From NCBI GenBank assembly GCA_964016885.1, contig OZ024743.1:241304001-241368000 (forward strand): DNA of 64,000 nucleotides, read 5' to 3'. The DNA comes from Eledone cirrhosa (taxonomy: Eukaryota). Below, in pieces: positions 50,216-64,000 of this stretch. The notes under the pieces are model-generated. The model did no database searches. It saw only the letters and a list, made by a program, of their open reading frames with translations, and had not been told where the DNA came from. How positions within the stretch are numbered: the first letter of the stretch is position 1; every line of letters starts with the position of its first letter. The translations under genes and the position numbers were made by a program.

Positions 50216-50691
50216 AATAATAGAGAATGGTATCAGTCCTATTACATGTAACTTGGGTAAGTATACCTGTAAAAATAAAATGTTTAAATATATAAATAAA
50301 AATAAAGAAATGAATCCATTACGACTGATTTTAGCTGAAAGACCTCACAACTTTCATCAGTTTTAAAACATGAAAAAATAGTGTTAAATATGCAACGATT
50401 CGAGCAGAAGAGAAAAAACATGAAATTAACAAAAGGAATATATATTTTCATATGTATATTTCATTCGTCGAAAAGAATAAAGAAAAGAAATCGCAAACTT
50501 AGTACACATTCTTTAGGCATTCGCTGTCGTTTTAGGTTATAATTACTTATTTATGCATGGCTCTGTGTATGACTGCATGCGTGCATCATGTGGCATTCAT
50601 TGCTTGCCACTCTATTTTTCTCACTAACTGCTACTTTCATCAATATGTACACTCCTGCTTCGAATCTTACGTTAATTCCCTCTCTAAATCC

Positions 50692-50768
<77 letters not shown>

Positions 50769-52209
50769 TGGGGATTATAACGTCCATTTACTTTAGGTTC
50801 ACAAGAGTCAGCACTCGATGCGTAGTTTCCAGTAGGTGTATTGGTGTTGTACTAAGCAGAGTGTAATACTAATACGAACAGGAGTCCGACGAGCTTTTAA
50901 TCTCAAGAGTCGGGCCAGATCGAACCTTCAGCTGATCAATCGCGAAAGGCACGTCACAGCTCAATAAACGTAATGAAGATCTAACACTTCGTTCTTTTTT
51001 ATTATTAGTTCTATATATATATATACATATATATATATGTGTGTGTGTGTGTTTCTTTAGACTTGGTGTTGCTTAGTGTCCTGGAGTTGACTCACTTGGT
51101 GAAAATGAGTTGTACTTGTAAATAAAAACTTTTGACCACACATATCGTGAGCCGGATGTCCGTTTGATCGTCTCAACTGGAACATTTCTTATCTGAACCG
51201 ACGGAGAGCCAACAGCATATGTTGTCAAGCGTGGCACCGAATCGACCAAAACATTGATTATTATATATTAGAGATAAGCACTGATGAAGAACAAGTAAAA
51301 ATATTAGCAGCGTTAAATAATAAACAGAAATATATATATTGTGTAATATATATTAGCTACCAGGTAGTTGTATAACATAATATTGGCAGGTTTTAGCAAC
51401 ATCACTAAACAATACTTAATATTTACCCTGTCCAGAAAACTAGGAGAACAATACTGCTTGCAAAGAATATAGCAGCATATGAACCATGTCGTTTACGGTC
51501 TATCGCTTGGCATTTATATATATTTCACTAGGATAATCGAACACTGGATACGACACCGATTACGTATTGAGTAGCATTCCAGTTTTCCAATATTCAACTC
51601 CTGAACAATAAAGTGGGATTTAATCATGCGAGAATACTTAACAAGAATCTCTCATGTGTTTAAAGGTGATTATAAGAAAATCATTTTCCTTTATCCAACA
51701 TCAAAATGGTGGAAATTCCCAAACCTGAAGGCATTATATTAAAATATCACTTGCTGCATCTATACATTTCACATACATTTCAACAAATTCAGTGTCGTCA
51801 AAGAGTTTAGGGCTGTATGTGCTTGCTTGAACTGCAATAAATAGCAACCTTATCTCCTTTAAATCATACACTGCAGTCTTAAGTCCTTTGTTACCAGTCC
51901 GGCCAAAACCGCCCCTGGTTCTATGAAATAAAATCAACCATTTTAAAGTGTTCCTATTTAAATTAAAATCTTCCAATATACTTTTATATATGTATCGTTC
52001 GTTACAAATACTAACCATAACAATGAAATAATTAGTTAATTTAGTAAATCAATCTGAAATCGTCATTACTCTATTAAGATAGAGTCTATTTCATTAGGAA
52101 TATGGTAATGAATGGATTAAAATGTGAACGAGATATGCGTGTATCCAAGATAATATAGATTTTGATGCATTATACCCTAAACAAATACGGAATAATCAAA
52201 GTCTGAACA

Positions 52210-52410
52210 CGGTGTTTAGTACTTAGGCAGTCGGACAATACAGGTGGTGTTTGAGGTCTTCAGTAAAGGTGGAGTTCTGCTATATAGGTGGTGTTTGGCA
52301 CCTTCAATAAAGGAGGAATTGGACAATACAGATGGTGTTTGGTCCGTTCATTGTTGGAATAATTGGACATTATAGCTGGTGTTTGATACATTCATTAACA
52401 AAGGAGTGGG
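52210..52410. repeat. Degenerate ~44-bp tandem repeat (4 units)
   Basis: GGACAATACAGGTGGTGTTTG-like core repeated four times. Confidence 0.6.
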
Positions 52411-52657
52411 TCCAAGCATCATTTCCGAGCGTGCTATGAATATAATTCTTTAAGGTGTAAACCTCTATAGTATAACACTACTATCACTTTACACTACACA
52501 TACAAAATAAATACACACAGGTTCACACACTCAAACGCACACACACATACATGTATGTATGTATGTATGTATGTTATGTATGTTATGTAAATATGTATGT
52601 ATGCATGAATGAATATATATAGGTATTTACACATGTATATGTATGATTGTATGAACG

Positions 52658-52717
<60 letters not shown>

Positions 52718-53281
52718 TCCCTATAAAACCCCATGAATGTCATTATATTCTGTACGTTCGTTAGCTTTTGTTTCATGTTAGTTATGTTTATATGAGGGAA
52801 AAGTCCTATAAAAATGAACAGCTGCTCACACACTCATGCACACACACATACATATACACTGCATTGACACTGATACTGACATACGCTCACGCTCGCATAT
52901 ACTGAGACTCACACACACACCGACACATACAAACACTGCCATTTAACCCTTCAAACACATACACAAACACTGACATGGCACGAACAAACAAACAAACACA
53001 TACATGCGTACATATACACACACATTGGCTGTGACTGACAAATATCCGTGTATATACACACTTATCCTTTATGTAACCCCACCCAACCTAACCCCCCAGC
53101 CAACGTAAAACAGCAAAAATTAAACGATATTAAAAGTGTAAAAACTTGATTGTACACTTTCATTAATAGAAAGCTCCAAAAAAGATTGTGATGTAATTGA
53201 AGAGATCGATAATTTGCAATGATTGATTATCTCAACAATTTGTGCTTTGTGTTTGTATGATTATATGTGTGTGTGTGGGGT

Positions 53282-53355
<74 letters not shown>

Positions 53356-53619
53356 GTGTGTGCACGAATCGTAAAATAAATATTATACTTAAGACCTGAT
53401 GTTTTATATAGTGCCATAGCCATAGCTATTAGATGTCTACACACACATGCTCACAAACACCCACACACACCCACAAACACATGCCAGCACACACGCACAC
53501 AAACACTCACATTTACACACACATATACACACTCAAACAAACCCATATACACACAATTACACACACATATACACACTCAAACAAACCCATATACACACAC
53601 GTATATACAACTTATTTTT

Positions 53620-53740
53620 CGAGCTGAGTGAACTGAACTTGAGCAACGTGAAATAAAGTGTCTTGCTCAAGGATATAAAGCGCTGCTGGAAATCGAACTC
53701 TCGAGAGTACCAATGTAATCCGAACACACTAAGCATTAGG
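53620..53740 (-). mobile_element. Second-family SINE fragment
   Basis: GAGCAACGTGAAATAAAGTGTCTTGCTCAAGGA is the reverse complement of the central domain. Confidence 0.6.
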
Positions 53741-54374
53741 ACATATGATTTCACCGACTCTTGATGACGTGGTGTAGCAGATAAAGGAACCGTATGTAAT
53801 TCGTAGTCAGATGGGTGTTCCATGAAACTGAGAACGACATTCAGAGGTGTGTTTTCAATCATTAACATTGATGACTAAGCGAAAATGCAGGTGTGGCTTG
53901 AGGTTATGTATCAGCTTATATGCTGGACCAGTAGTATAGTGGATGACGTAGCACAAGCTTCTCAAATAAGGCATTACTTGCCACATCGTCGTCATTGCGA
54001 CAGCACCATACAACAATGTGATTAAAAGAAAAGCATTGCAATAGCGTTTTCGATGATTGCTGCTCCAGTTGTTTGTTAAACAGATCAACCTACTATCGTG
54101 CAAGAGGCTGAGAATTCCATAGAGATAGTCAGCATGAGACAGTTTGTAACAAGGCTATGAACTTTGTATTACAGGTACAATCAATCCGATGATCTTCCAA
54201 CGAATTTCCATGTACATTTCTTTAGTTAACGCAAAGCTATATTAAAGGATATTTATTTGTCGTGATGCCATAGTTTGGGGTCAAACCTGCGACTTAATGA
54301 TTGTAACGTATACATTTCTTAACCGTTTGGCCATGCTACATCTAGTGCTGTAACTACATTATTCTTTTATTGTC

Positions 54375-55210
54375 GATTGGCAGTATCGGTAGAGGGTCGG
54401 ACGCCATGCTTTCCAGCATAGTTACGTCCCTTTACGATCTGAGTTCAAATCCCGCCGAGGTTGACTTTGCCTTTCATCCTTACGGGATCGATAAAATAAA
54501 GTACCAGTAATGCACTGGGTTATTGCTGGCCTTGTGCCTAAAGTAGAAACAATTATTTTATTTGTTGGGGGATTGGCAGTATCTGTGGAGGGTCAGACGC
54601 CATGCTTTGCAGCATAGAGTTACGCCCCTTTATGTCTGTGTTCAAATCTCACAGAGGTTAACATTGCCTTTCAACCTTACGGGGTAGATGAAATAAAGTA
54701 GCAGTCTTGCATTGGGGTCGATTTAATAAACTTTCCCTTCCCCTAAAATTGCTGGGCTATATAAGAAACCATTATGTGTTGGTATGTAGTCGGCGGTGGA
54801 TTGGCAGTATCGGTAGAGGGTCGGACGCCATACTTTACAGCTTAGAGTTACGGAGTTTTACTGTCTGATTTCAAATCCCGCCGAGGTCAACTTTGCCTTT
54901 CATCCTTACGGGATCGATAAAATAAAGCATCAGTAATGTACTGGGTTCGATTTAATCGACTTTCTCCTCCCCCAAATTACTGGCCTTGTGCCTATGCTAG
55001 AAATCCTTAATTTACTTCTTGGAGGATTGGCACTATTTGTAGAGGGTCAGACGCCATGCTTTGCAACATAGAGTTACGGCTTTTTAGGTCTGTGTTCATA
55101 TTTCGCAGAAGTTAACTTTGCCTTTCATCCTCACAGGGTCGATAAAATAAAACACCAGTAACGTATTGGGGTCGATTTTAATCCACTTTCCCCTCCCAAA
55201 TTACTGGCCA
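54375..55210 (+). mobile_element. Cluster of four head-to-tail tRNA-derived SINEs
   Basis: GATTGGCAGTAT heads at ~54376, 54571, 54800 and 55025, each followed by body and tail. Confidence 0.9.
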
Positions 55211-55479
55211 TTATTTTACTTGTTCCAGCCATCAGGATGAGGCCATGCTGAGGTACCACCCTTGAAAAATTGAGTCTCCTTTTAAGGGCTCTGTCGCCCG
55301 AAAGGTGAAATTGAACGACTCAGCTACAAGTTTGAAGCCTGCACTTCAGCCCACTAATGACAATTTTGTTGTTGGTAACATTGCTGGAATTTGGACGGTT
55401 TTTAGTTGGAACAGATTTTCTTATCCCACATTTCTGACAGTCAGTAGCATTGCAGTCACAAGTCCACGAACAATAACAT

Positions 55480-58400
55480 CACAACCACCAATACTACCAC
55501 CACCAGCACCACCACTTGTACCACCACCACCACCATTATTCCAGTCACCTTCACCATCACCACCACCACACAACCAGCACCAACACCACCAGTACTAATA
55601 CTACCACCAATAGCAGGGTTAGCTCAGTCACCACCACAACGACCACCAATATGATCAGCACCAACATAACCACCACCACCACCACCACCACCACCACCAA
55701 AACCACCACCACAACCACCACCACCACCACCACCACCACCAAAGTCACCACCACCATCACCAGCACCACCACAACCACCACCAACACCACCACCACCACC
55801 ACCATCACCATCACCACCACCACCACCCCACCACCACCACCAAAACCACCACCACCACCACCACCACCAACAACACCACCACCACCACCATCACCACCAC
55901 CACCACCACCATTACAACCACCACCACAACCACCACCACCACCACCATCACCACCACCACCACCACCCCACCACCACCACCGACACCACCACCAACACCA
56001 CCACCACGACCAACAGCACCACCAACACCAACACCACCACCACCACCACACCACCACCGCCACCGCCACCACCAACACCAACACCAACACCACCACCAAC
56101 ACCAACACCACCACCAACACCACCACCGCCACCACCACCACCGCCGCCACCACCGCCGCCGCCACCGCCACCACCACCACCACCACCACCACCACCACCG
56201 CCACGACCAACAGCACCACCAACACCAACACCAGCACCACCACCACCACCACCACCAACACCACCACCACCACCATCACCACCACCACCACCATTACAAC
56301 CACCACCACAACCACCACCACCACCATCACCACCACCACCACCAACAACACCACCACGACCAACAGCACCACCAACACCAACACCACCACCACCACCACC
56401 ACCACACCACCACCACGACCAACAGCACCACCACCACCAACACCACAACCACCACCACCACCACTACCACCATCACCACCACCACCACCATCACCACCAC
56501 CACCACCAACACCACCAACACCACCACCACGACCAACAGCACCACCACCACCACCACCACCACCACCACCACGACCAACAGCACCACCACCACCAACACC
56601 ACCACCACCACCACCACCACCACCACCACCACCACCACCAACAACAACACCACCACCACCACCATCCACCACCGCCACGACCACCGCCACCACCACCACC
56701 ATCCACCACCGCCACCACCGCCACCACCACCGCCACCACCGCCACCACCACCACCACCACCGCCACCACCACCACCACCACCACCACCATCCACCACCGC
56801 CACCACCGCCACCACCACCGCCACCACCACCACCACCACCGCCACCACCACCACCACCACCACCATCCACCACCGCCACCACCGCCACCACCACCACCAC
56901 CACCACCACCACCATCCACCACCACCACCACCACCACCATCCACCACCGCCACCGCCACCACCGCCACCACCACCACCACCACCACCACCACACCACCAC
57001 CACCACCGCCACCACCGCCACCACCACCGCCACCACCACCACCACCACCACCACCACACCACCACCACCACCGCCACCACCGCCACCACCACCACGTGTC
57101 AGCCCTCATTCAAGTCTGACTACTGCTAGAACTGTTGCTGTAACTTCATTCTGTATGGTTTTATAATTGACACTGACTTACCTCCCTTTCTTCACCATCT
57201 CACTATCATCAGCATCAGCAATAAGAACACCAGGAGCAGCAGCACATCAGCAGTAGCAACAACAACAGCAATAACAACAACAACATCAACAGTAAGAAAA
57301 CCTGAAGCAGCAGCAGCAGCAGCAGCAGCAACGATAACAGCAATATTAACAATAACTTTAACCACATCAACAGCAGCAACATCAACAACAACCCCTGCAA
57401 CAACTGCAACATCACCAACAGTAAGATGATCAGCATCAGCAATAATAACAGCATTAACAGCACCAACAACAGTTGCAACAATACCAGCAGCAGCAACATC
57501 ACTAGCAATAGTAGCAACATCAACAGTAACTGCAGCCATGTCAGCAGCAGCAGCAACAATATCAACTCCGGCAACAACAGCAACGACAGCAACAACAAGA
57601 GTAGCAGCATCACCATTACCACCAATACTACTAACACTCCACCTTCATCTTCACCACCATTATAATAGCCAGTACTGATATCAACTGATATCATCATCTC
57701 CTCCACCCACTGCCCCCTTCCCCCTCCTCCTCCTTAAACAACGCCGCCAACGTCACTAGTATCACCCTTATTACTGTTCCCTGTCCTCGTCATCACTACC
57801 TTCACTGTTATTATAAACACTAAACAAATATGCCAGCGCTACCACTGTGACACCCACCACCACTTCATTGCCACAACCACTACCACCACCAACAATGTCA
57901 CTGAACCAGAAGCATCAATAATACTTCCATAACTACGACGACAACCTCCCCCAACAACTGTCACAATCCCCATATCAACACAACTACCTCCACAACTATC
58001 ACAACCCCCACTACCAACACAGCTACCACCACAGGCATCACCACTTCATTACTACCACCAACACTGTCTTTAGACTAGCATCGACATCAGCATCAACACC
58101 AATATCAACACCATCAACAATACCTGCATGACTACCACCACAACTACCCCCACAACCACCATAACCAACATAAAAACTGGCACCACTGCCATCGCAGCCA
58201 CCACCACCAAAACATCTGTAAAGACAACCACTAATAACAACAGCACTACCAACACTACAAACGATACCTCCATAACAACTACCACGACGACCACACACAC
58301 CATCACCACCTCAAACACCATCACGACAACTAGCACCACACCCACCACCAACATGAGCATCAATACCACAAGTAGCACCTCCACCACCAACATAAATACA

Positions 58401-59580
58401 ATTAGAAGCGCAAACGTCCCTGCCACTGACATCATTACCATTAGAATTACCACCATAACAACCAACACCCATACCATCACATCTAACACGACCATCCCTA
58501 CCGCAACAACCACCACCATCATTACATCTAGCACCACCACCGTCCCTACCTCAACAGCTACCAGAATCCACCACCACCGCTACCCACACCATCATTGCGA
58601 AACCCCCACCACCACCATTACCGAGACCACCACCACCACCACCACCACCACCGCCGCCACCGCTACCACCCGATCATTACAACTGCCACCACCAAAACAA
58701 AGAACCCTGCTACCATCACCACCATCACCACTACCATCACAACCCCAACCGCCGTTACCCCCACCATCAATGCGAAACCACCACAACCATCATCACAATT
58801 GCTAACACCACCACAAGCACTACCACCATCACAAACACTACCATTACAACTACCACCACGAAGAACTCTGCCACCACAATCACCACCACCACGACCATGA
58901 ACACCATCACCACCACCACTACCATCACAACCACCACCACCATCACCACCACCAACACCATGAACACCATCACCACCACCACTACCATCACAACCACCCC
59001 CACCATTACAACCACCATCACCACCACCACAACCACCATCACCACTACCACAACTACCACCATCAGAACGCCCACCATCACAACCACCACCACAACCACC
59101 ACCAACACCACCACCACTACCAATACCACCAACACCACCACCATCACAACCACCACCACTACCACCACCAACACCACCACCACTACCACCACCACTACCA
59201 CCAACACCAACACCATCACAACAACCACCACTACCACCACCAACACCACCACCACTACCACCACCACTACCACCAACACCAACACCATCACAACAACCAC
59301 CACTACCACCACCAACACCACCACTAACACCATCACAACCACCACCACAACCACAGCCACCACCACCATCACAACCACCACCACCATCACTACCACCACC
59401 ACTACTACCACCATCATCACCATCACTACCACCACCATCACCAACACCACCAACATCACCATCACCACCAACATCACCACCGCCACCACCACTGCCACCC
59501 CCACCACCACTGTCACCCCTACCCCTACCCCCACCACCAAACCACCACCAAACCACCACCACCAACAACAACAACACTAC
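55480..59580. repeat. ~4-kb degenerate (ACC)n/(CAG/CAA)n trinucleotide tract
   Basis: Directly visible. Its ORFs are poly-T/P/H or poly-G/V/W in all frames. Confidence 0.95.
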
Positions 59581-59956
59581 GAAACTACTGTTGCTGCTAT
59601 TAATACTCTCGTTATTACGTGTCATTCCCAGTAGAACAGTTTATTAAAGATTTTAATATTTCAAGTCGCCGCCATCTCCTGCAACTCCCACACATCGTCA
59701 ACATTGGCATGACACCGTGCAGAATAAGAAGAGAATGGCTTTAAGGTTAATCCTCCCCCTCTTTTTCTCTCCCTCCCTCTCTCTCACCCCACACACACAT
59801 ACACTCTCACTTTCCCTTTTTTATCTACCTATATATTTATCTTTCATTTCCCTCCGTTTTTCTCTCTCTAACTTTTCCTCTGTCTCTATTTTTTACACTC
59901 TCCTCTTTCCCTGTCATTCAGACTCCAGTCGTTCACCTCTTACCTGCTTATAGATA

Positions 59957-60026
<70 letters not shown>

Positions 60027-60443
60027 TAAGTACAAAAGTAACACACCACTATTCTACTTTCTGATTCATGTCAGAACGTCTTTTAGTCGATGCATGTCAA
60101 TTTGAAAAAGAAATAGAATGGAAAACGCCTGTCAGTAAGTCTCTCAGCTGGAAACCTGGGAACTATCTGTAATTCACCACATTTAGGACTCATCAGCCAT
60201 TTGTCTTTAGCTTTTAATTAATTCATAGTGATTAATTCCGTATTACTAATTTTAAATAGAGTAAAAAATCTCATGAGAACTTTTATGTTCTATCAAATAG
60301 GATTGATTATATTATAATTAGCACTGAATTCTCACCGAAGTTGTTGTTTTTTAATTTTTTATTTTTTTTGGCGCGGGGGAGGGGGTGGGGTGCATTCTGC
60401 ATTTTAGATGTTATACCCTCCATTAGTTTATTAACTCGAGTTA

Positions 60444-60640
60444 GGGTGGTGGATTGGCAGTGTCGGTAGAGGATCGGACGCCATGCTTTGCAGCACAGAG
60501 TTACGGTCCGTTATGATCTGAGTTCAAATTCTGTCGACGTTAACTTTGCCTTTCCCCCTTACGGGGTCGGGTCGATATAATAAAGCACCAGTAATGTACT
60601 GGGTAATTGCTGGCCTTGTGCCTAAAATAGAAACAATTAT
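60444..60640 (+). mobile_element. tRNA-derived SINE with TSD
   Basis: Family consensus; flanks ATTAACTCGAGTTA / ATTAACTAGAGTTA. Confidence 0.85.
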
Positions 60641-61407
60641 TAACTAGAGTTAAGTTTCTTCAGAGAAACTGTAGTAAGACAAACCTCGTGAATGTAAATG
60701 TTTATGCTTCGTCAGTTAATGAACACGCCATGAGAAATGTGAGTTACCAAATGTCTTAGATGACTGACAATCAATTCTTAATATCAATACCATTGTATTA
60801 TACCACCGTATGTGGCGAATTGACAGAGTCGTTAGAACGTCGGATAAAATGATTTGTCTTTTATCCGAGTTCAACTTTTCCTTTTATCCTTTCGAAGTCG
60901 AGTAAAATCTACTGGTTTAGTACTGAGATCCATTCCTTCTCAAATATCTTTCTTCCTCTTTTCCTTTCTCCCCCCCCCTCTCTATCCATCTATCTATCTC
61001 CGCCTATGGAAGAATGCAGCTGTGTTCCGACATGTAGAGGAAATGGGGGCGCCATCTGATTTAAATAGGAACATGCCGCATGTCAGTAAGGTGTGCCTAC
61101 GACTCCATCAGGAATTTCGGGTTCATACATACATTATTCGTACACTCATGATCTATACCTCAAAAGTAACCGTTTATAGAGTAAACCACTGTTCCTGTTT
61201 ACATCGCAGTGTAATTTTATAATTTTCTTTCTTAAATTAGCAAAATATATTTATCTACTATTCTTGTACAGTAGATACCCATGTGTATCGAAATTAAAAA
61301 TGAGAAAATGTTAACTGATTTCTTTGTAAATGGTAACCAAATTAACTATCACGTAAACCAATCCTCAATTATTTATGATAACAACTGTATAAACATGATA
61401 TTATTTA

Positions 61408-61733
61408 CAAATCCCGCCGAGATTAACTTTGCCTTTCATCCTTACGGGGTCGATAAAATAAAGTACCAGTAATGCACTGGTATAATTGCTGGCCTTGGGC
61501 CAAAAGTAGAAACACTTATTTACAGTAACAATAATATTAATAATAATTGTTTCTACTTTTGGCACAAGGCCAGCAATTACCCCAGTGCATTACTGGTGCT
61601 TTATTTTATCGACCTCGTAAGGGTGAAAGGCAAAGTTAACCTCGGAGGGATTTGAAATGAGACCCTAAAGGGATGTAACTCTATGCTGCAAAGCAGGGTG
61701 TCCGATCTTCTACCGATACGGCCATTCTACCGC
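61408..61733. mobile_element. Two SINEs tail-to-tail (61408-61520 +, 61543-61733 -)
   Basis: Family consensus in opposite orientations, ~20 bp apart. Confidence 0.85.
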
Positions 61734-61774
61734 ATAATAATAAAGACAACTATAATGACGGCAATAATAGTTTC

Positions 61775-62640
61775 ATTTATTGGCCATAAGGGCCGACATA
61801 TAGGGAACAATACAGCAGACGGGGACAGTGGGGTTTACATATAAACGTGTAAAAATATGTAAATAACAATAACAAAATAACAAGAAAAATACAACAATAA
61901 AAATTCCCCAATAGAGGGCGGTGGATAACCAACCACGGTTGGCTCAGGTACCCCACCAATCCTGAACAAGACGGCAAAAGCCTTCTCGCGCACGATGGCC
62001 AGTGACATCTGCTACAACAGCTACCTAACCTCGCGGAGCTGCCTCTTCAAACGCTCCGATCTTGTGGAGGAGCTCGTCAATACGGGGTCCAAATACGCCT
62101 GAAGTCTCGACGGCGACTAGTGCGAAGAGGAAGTGGCCGGACAAACCCCGGTATTTGTTTATTTTACGTTCTTCTACGAGGCGGATTGCGATACCAGGGT
62201 TTGTGGCCGAAGTAACTAAGCTGGAGGCGGAGAACGTGTCGCAGCAGGTGGTGTCCCAGATGAGGGATCTACCACCTTCGAATGAGACGGTGATTCTGTC
62301 GAGCCGCTTGCCATCTCCGTGGTCTAGGCCTGCTGGCTCCTGTTGAGATGGAAATCCAGCTGCGTCCAGGCTTCTTCTCAATATGTCGTTGAGAGCGGCG
62401 TGTCGGGGGAACCGGCCTGCGCTCCGGAGGCAAGACAGAGGTTGGAGACTGAACTAGTTAAAAACCGCCCCGCAGCGGCATTTATGTGGCTCACACATGC
62501 GGAGGCCAATGCGTTATGCTACTCCGATGCGAGTGTACTCATCATCAAGTAGGGTACCGGTTAATGAGGAGGGCACTGAATTGAGCCACGTGCCACTGTT
62601 GGGTTGAGAAACGGAGCAGAATCAGGCGAGGGCAAGTGTT
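61775..62640 (-). pseudogene. CRE-like non-LTR retrotransposon 3' fragment (zinc knuckle + restriction-like endonuclease + 3' UTR)
   Basis: RHAALNDILRRSLDAAGFPSQQEP.GL...DGKRLD.ITV.FEGGRSLIWDTTCCDTF...EERKINKY...VAVETSG. AATAAA at the 3' end. Confidence 0.75.
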
Positions 62641-63385
62641 CTGATTCATGTCATAGTTTATAATTGTCTGTTTTAAATCATTTGTTACGAAAATATTGTT
62701 TATATTGGAACTTGAGAGGCATAACTGATGATTTTGAAGGAAAGAATATTCTTCATAATTCACCTCGGCTGCAAAATTTTCACTTTACATTGATTTAATT
62801 AACGACTCTCCCAAGCCTATAGTCTCACCAAGGTGGAGTTTATCCCATGTTAATCGGCGTTAAGTGTTTCAAAATACAATATTGCTTTCTGGACGCGGCA
62901 CCAATTCTTTGCAGGGTTAACCTTCAAATGCCGCTACTGGAACCCATTTTCAGATATGTGGTCTGGGGCAACATGAAATGAAATGTTTTGCTCAAAACTA
63001 CGTGCTGCACGGCATGAGATTTACACCCATAATGATCGTTAGTCTGAAACCCTGACCACTAGATCGAGTACCTTCAATGCATTCAAGTTTTACAATAATA
63101 CACAGCGGTACTAGTCATCTTATCGAGTCTGTAACAAGCTTTCTTATATAGGAATTAACTAACTTTCAAAAGTCATACGATAATCTTGAATATTATAGAC
63201 TTTTCGAACACCAAAAGGTGAACAAATATGCCACCCATCTTACAAGATAGTCTTCTATCACAGGCTCGAATTGACCCAATCTTAATATAATTGGATAGAT
63301 GAAAACTGTGTTGGTTACACTGCGTTCGTAACTTAAAGACCACCCGTGTCACACACAACCTCACAGTAATTTTGCCGGAGAAATA

Positions 63386-63513
63386 TGTTAAGATACAAGT
63401 ATATGTGGGATAATCAGTCACATTGTATTGCAATTAGTAAATAGGTCCACTGGTTGGCCAACTGGAGACCAACGGGTGATCCATTTAAGCTTTACAGATT
63501 TATGTCATGTTGC

Positions 63514-63573
<60 letters not shown>

Positions 63574-63685
63574 CTGTAAAGCTTAAATGGATCACCCGTT
63601 GGCCTCCAGTTGGACAACCAGTGGACCTATTTACTAATTGCAATACAATGTCACTGAGTATCCCACATATACTTGTATCTTAACA
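63386..63685. repeat. Inverted repeat, ~117-bp arms around a (TA)n spacer
   Basis: 63386-63502 vs 63569-63685 are reverse complements with about 5 mismatches. Confidence 0.9.
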
Positions 63686-64000
63686 CACACACATATATAT
63701 ATACATATCTGTTAGAATGTCGAATGTGATGTTTTGCAATTCTTTAGGAGTTTTGCGTTCTGAGTAGGCCGCCAGCGTTTCCGATGCTAAATAAGCATTT
63801 GCTTTTCCCTTGGTCAACATCGACAGCACGGAGAAGGTAGACTTTCATGCATGGATGACTACTGGTCTTCCGCAAAGAAGAAAATAAACTACCTTCTTCA
63901 AGCCTGAACCTTAGAGAGGAATTTTTTAACAGTAGATCACTGGTCTCACAAGACATACAGAGGACTTAACTATATATTTGTGTTTATCAAATTACGCTGT

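Noticed and set aside
55516-59634. Long ORFs (537, 512, 320, 257, 245 aa) resembling mucin, extensin or Gly-rich proteins
   Set aside because: They arise from (ACC)n, which is stop-free in all frames. The amino-acid runs switch frame arbitrarily and there is no signal peptide or splice support.
63744-63956. 70-aa minus-strand ORF / possible host exon near the window end
   Set aside because: No recognisable domain and no convincing splice-site pair; it cannot be supported from sequence alone.

Overview
AT-rich animal genomic DNA, dense in microsatellites and made almost entirely of retroelements. The repeat content, especially the tRNA-derived SINEs among (TA)n/(CA)n tracts, resembles Octopus or another cephalopod; this is an inference. 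No host protein-coding exon could be supported. Main contents: (1) three head-to-tail, minus-strand, decayed Tx1/L1-clade LINEs (13.6-30.3 kb), one with an exact 18-bp TSD. (2) A young Neptune-type Penelope-like element (PLE) with an uninterrupted RT + GIY-YIG ORF and a 2.3-kb inverted copy of its own 3' end, inserted in an older fold-back duplication. (3) Older PLE fragments (Neptune-like and Naiad-like), plus RTE and restriction-like-endonuclease LINE fragments. (4) More than 15 tRNA-derived SINE copies. (5) A full-length 5S rRNA retrocopy fused through poly(A) to a SINE inside one TSD. (6) A 4-kb (ACC)n tract. The most notable hidden layer is about ten type-I hammerhead ribozyme (HHR) motifs found by eye. 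They include an intact minimal HHR in each unit of a 487-bp tandem repeat (retrozyme-like, predicted circular RNA), a second unrelated unit with the same 487-nt spacing, and several HHR-bearing palindromes. All coordinates were read manually and boundaries may be off by a few bases.
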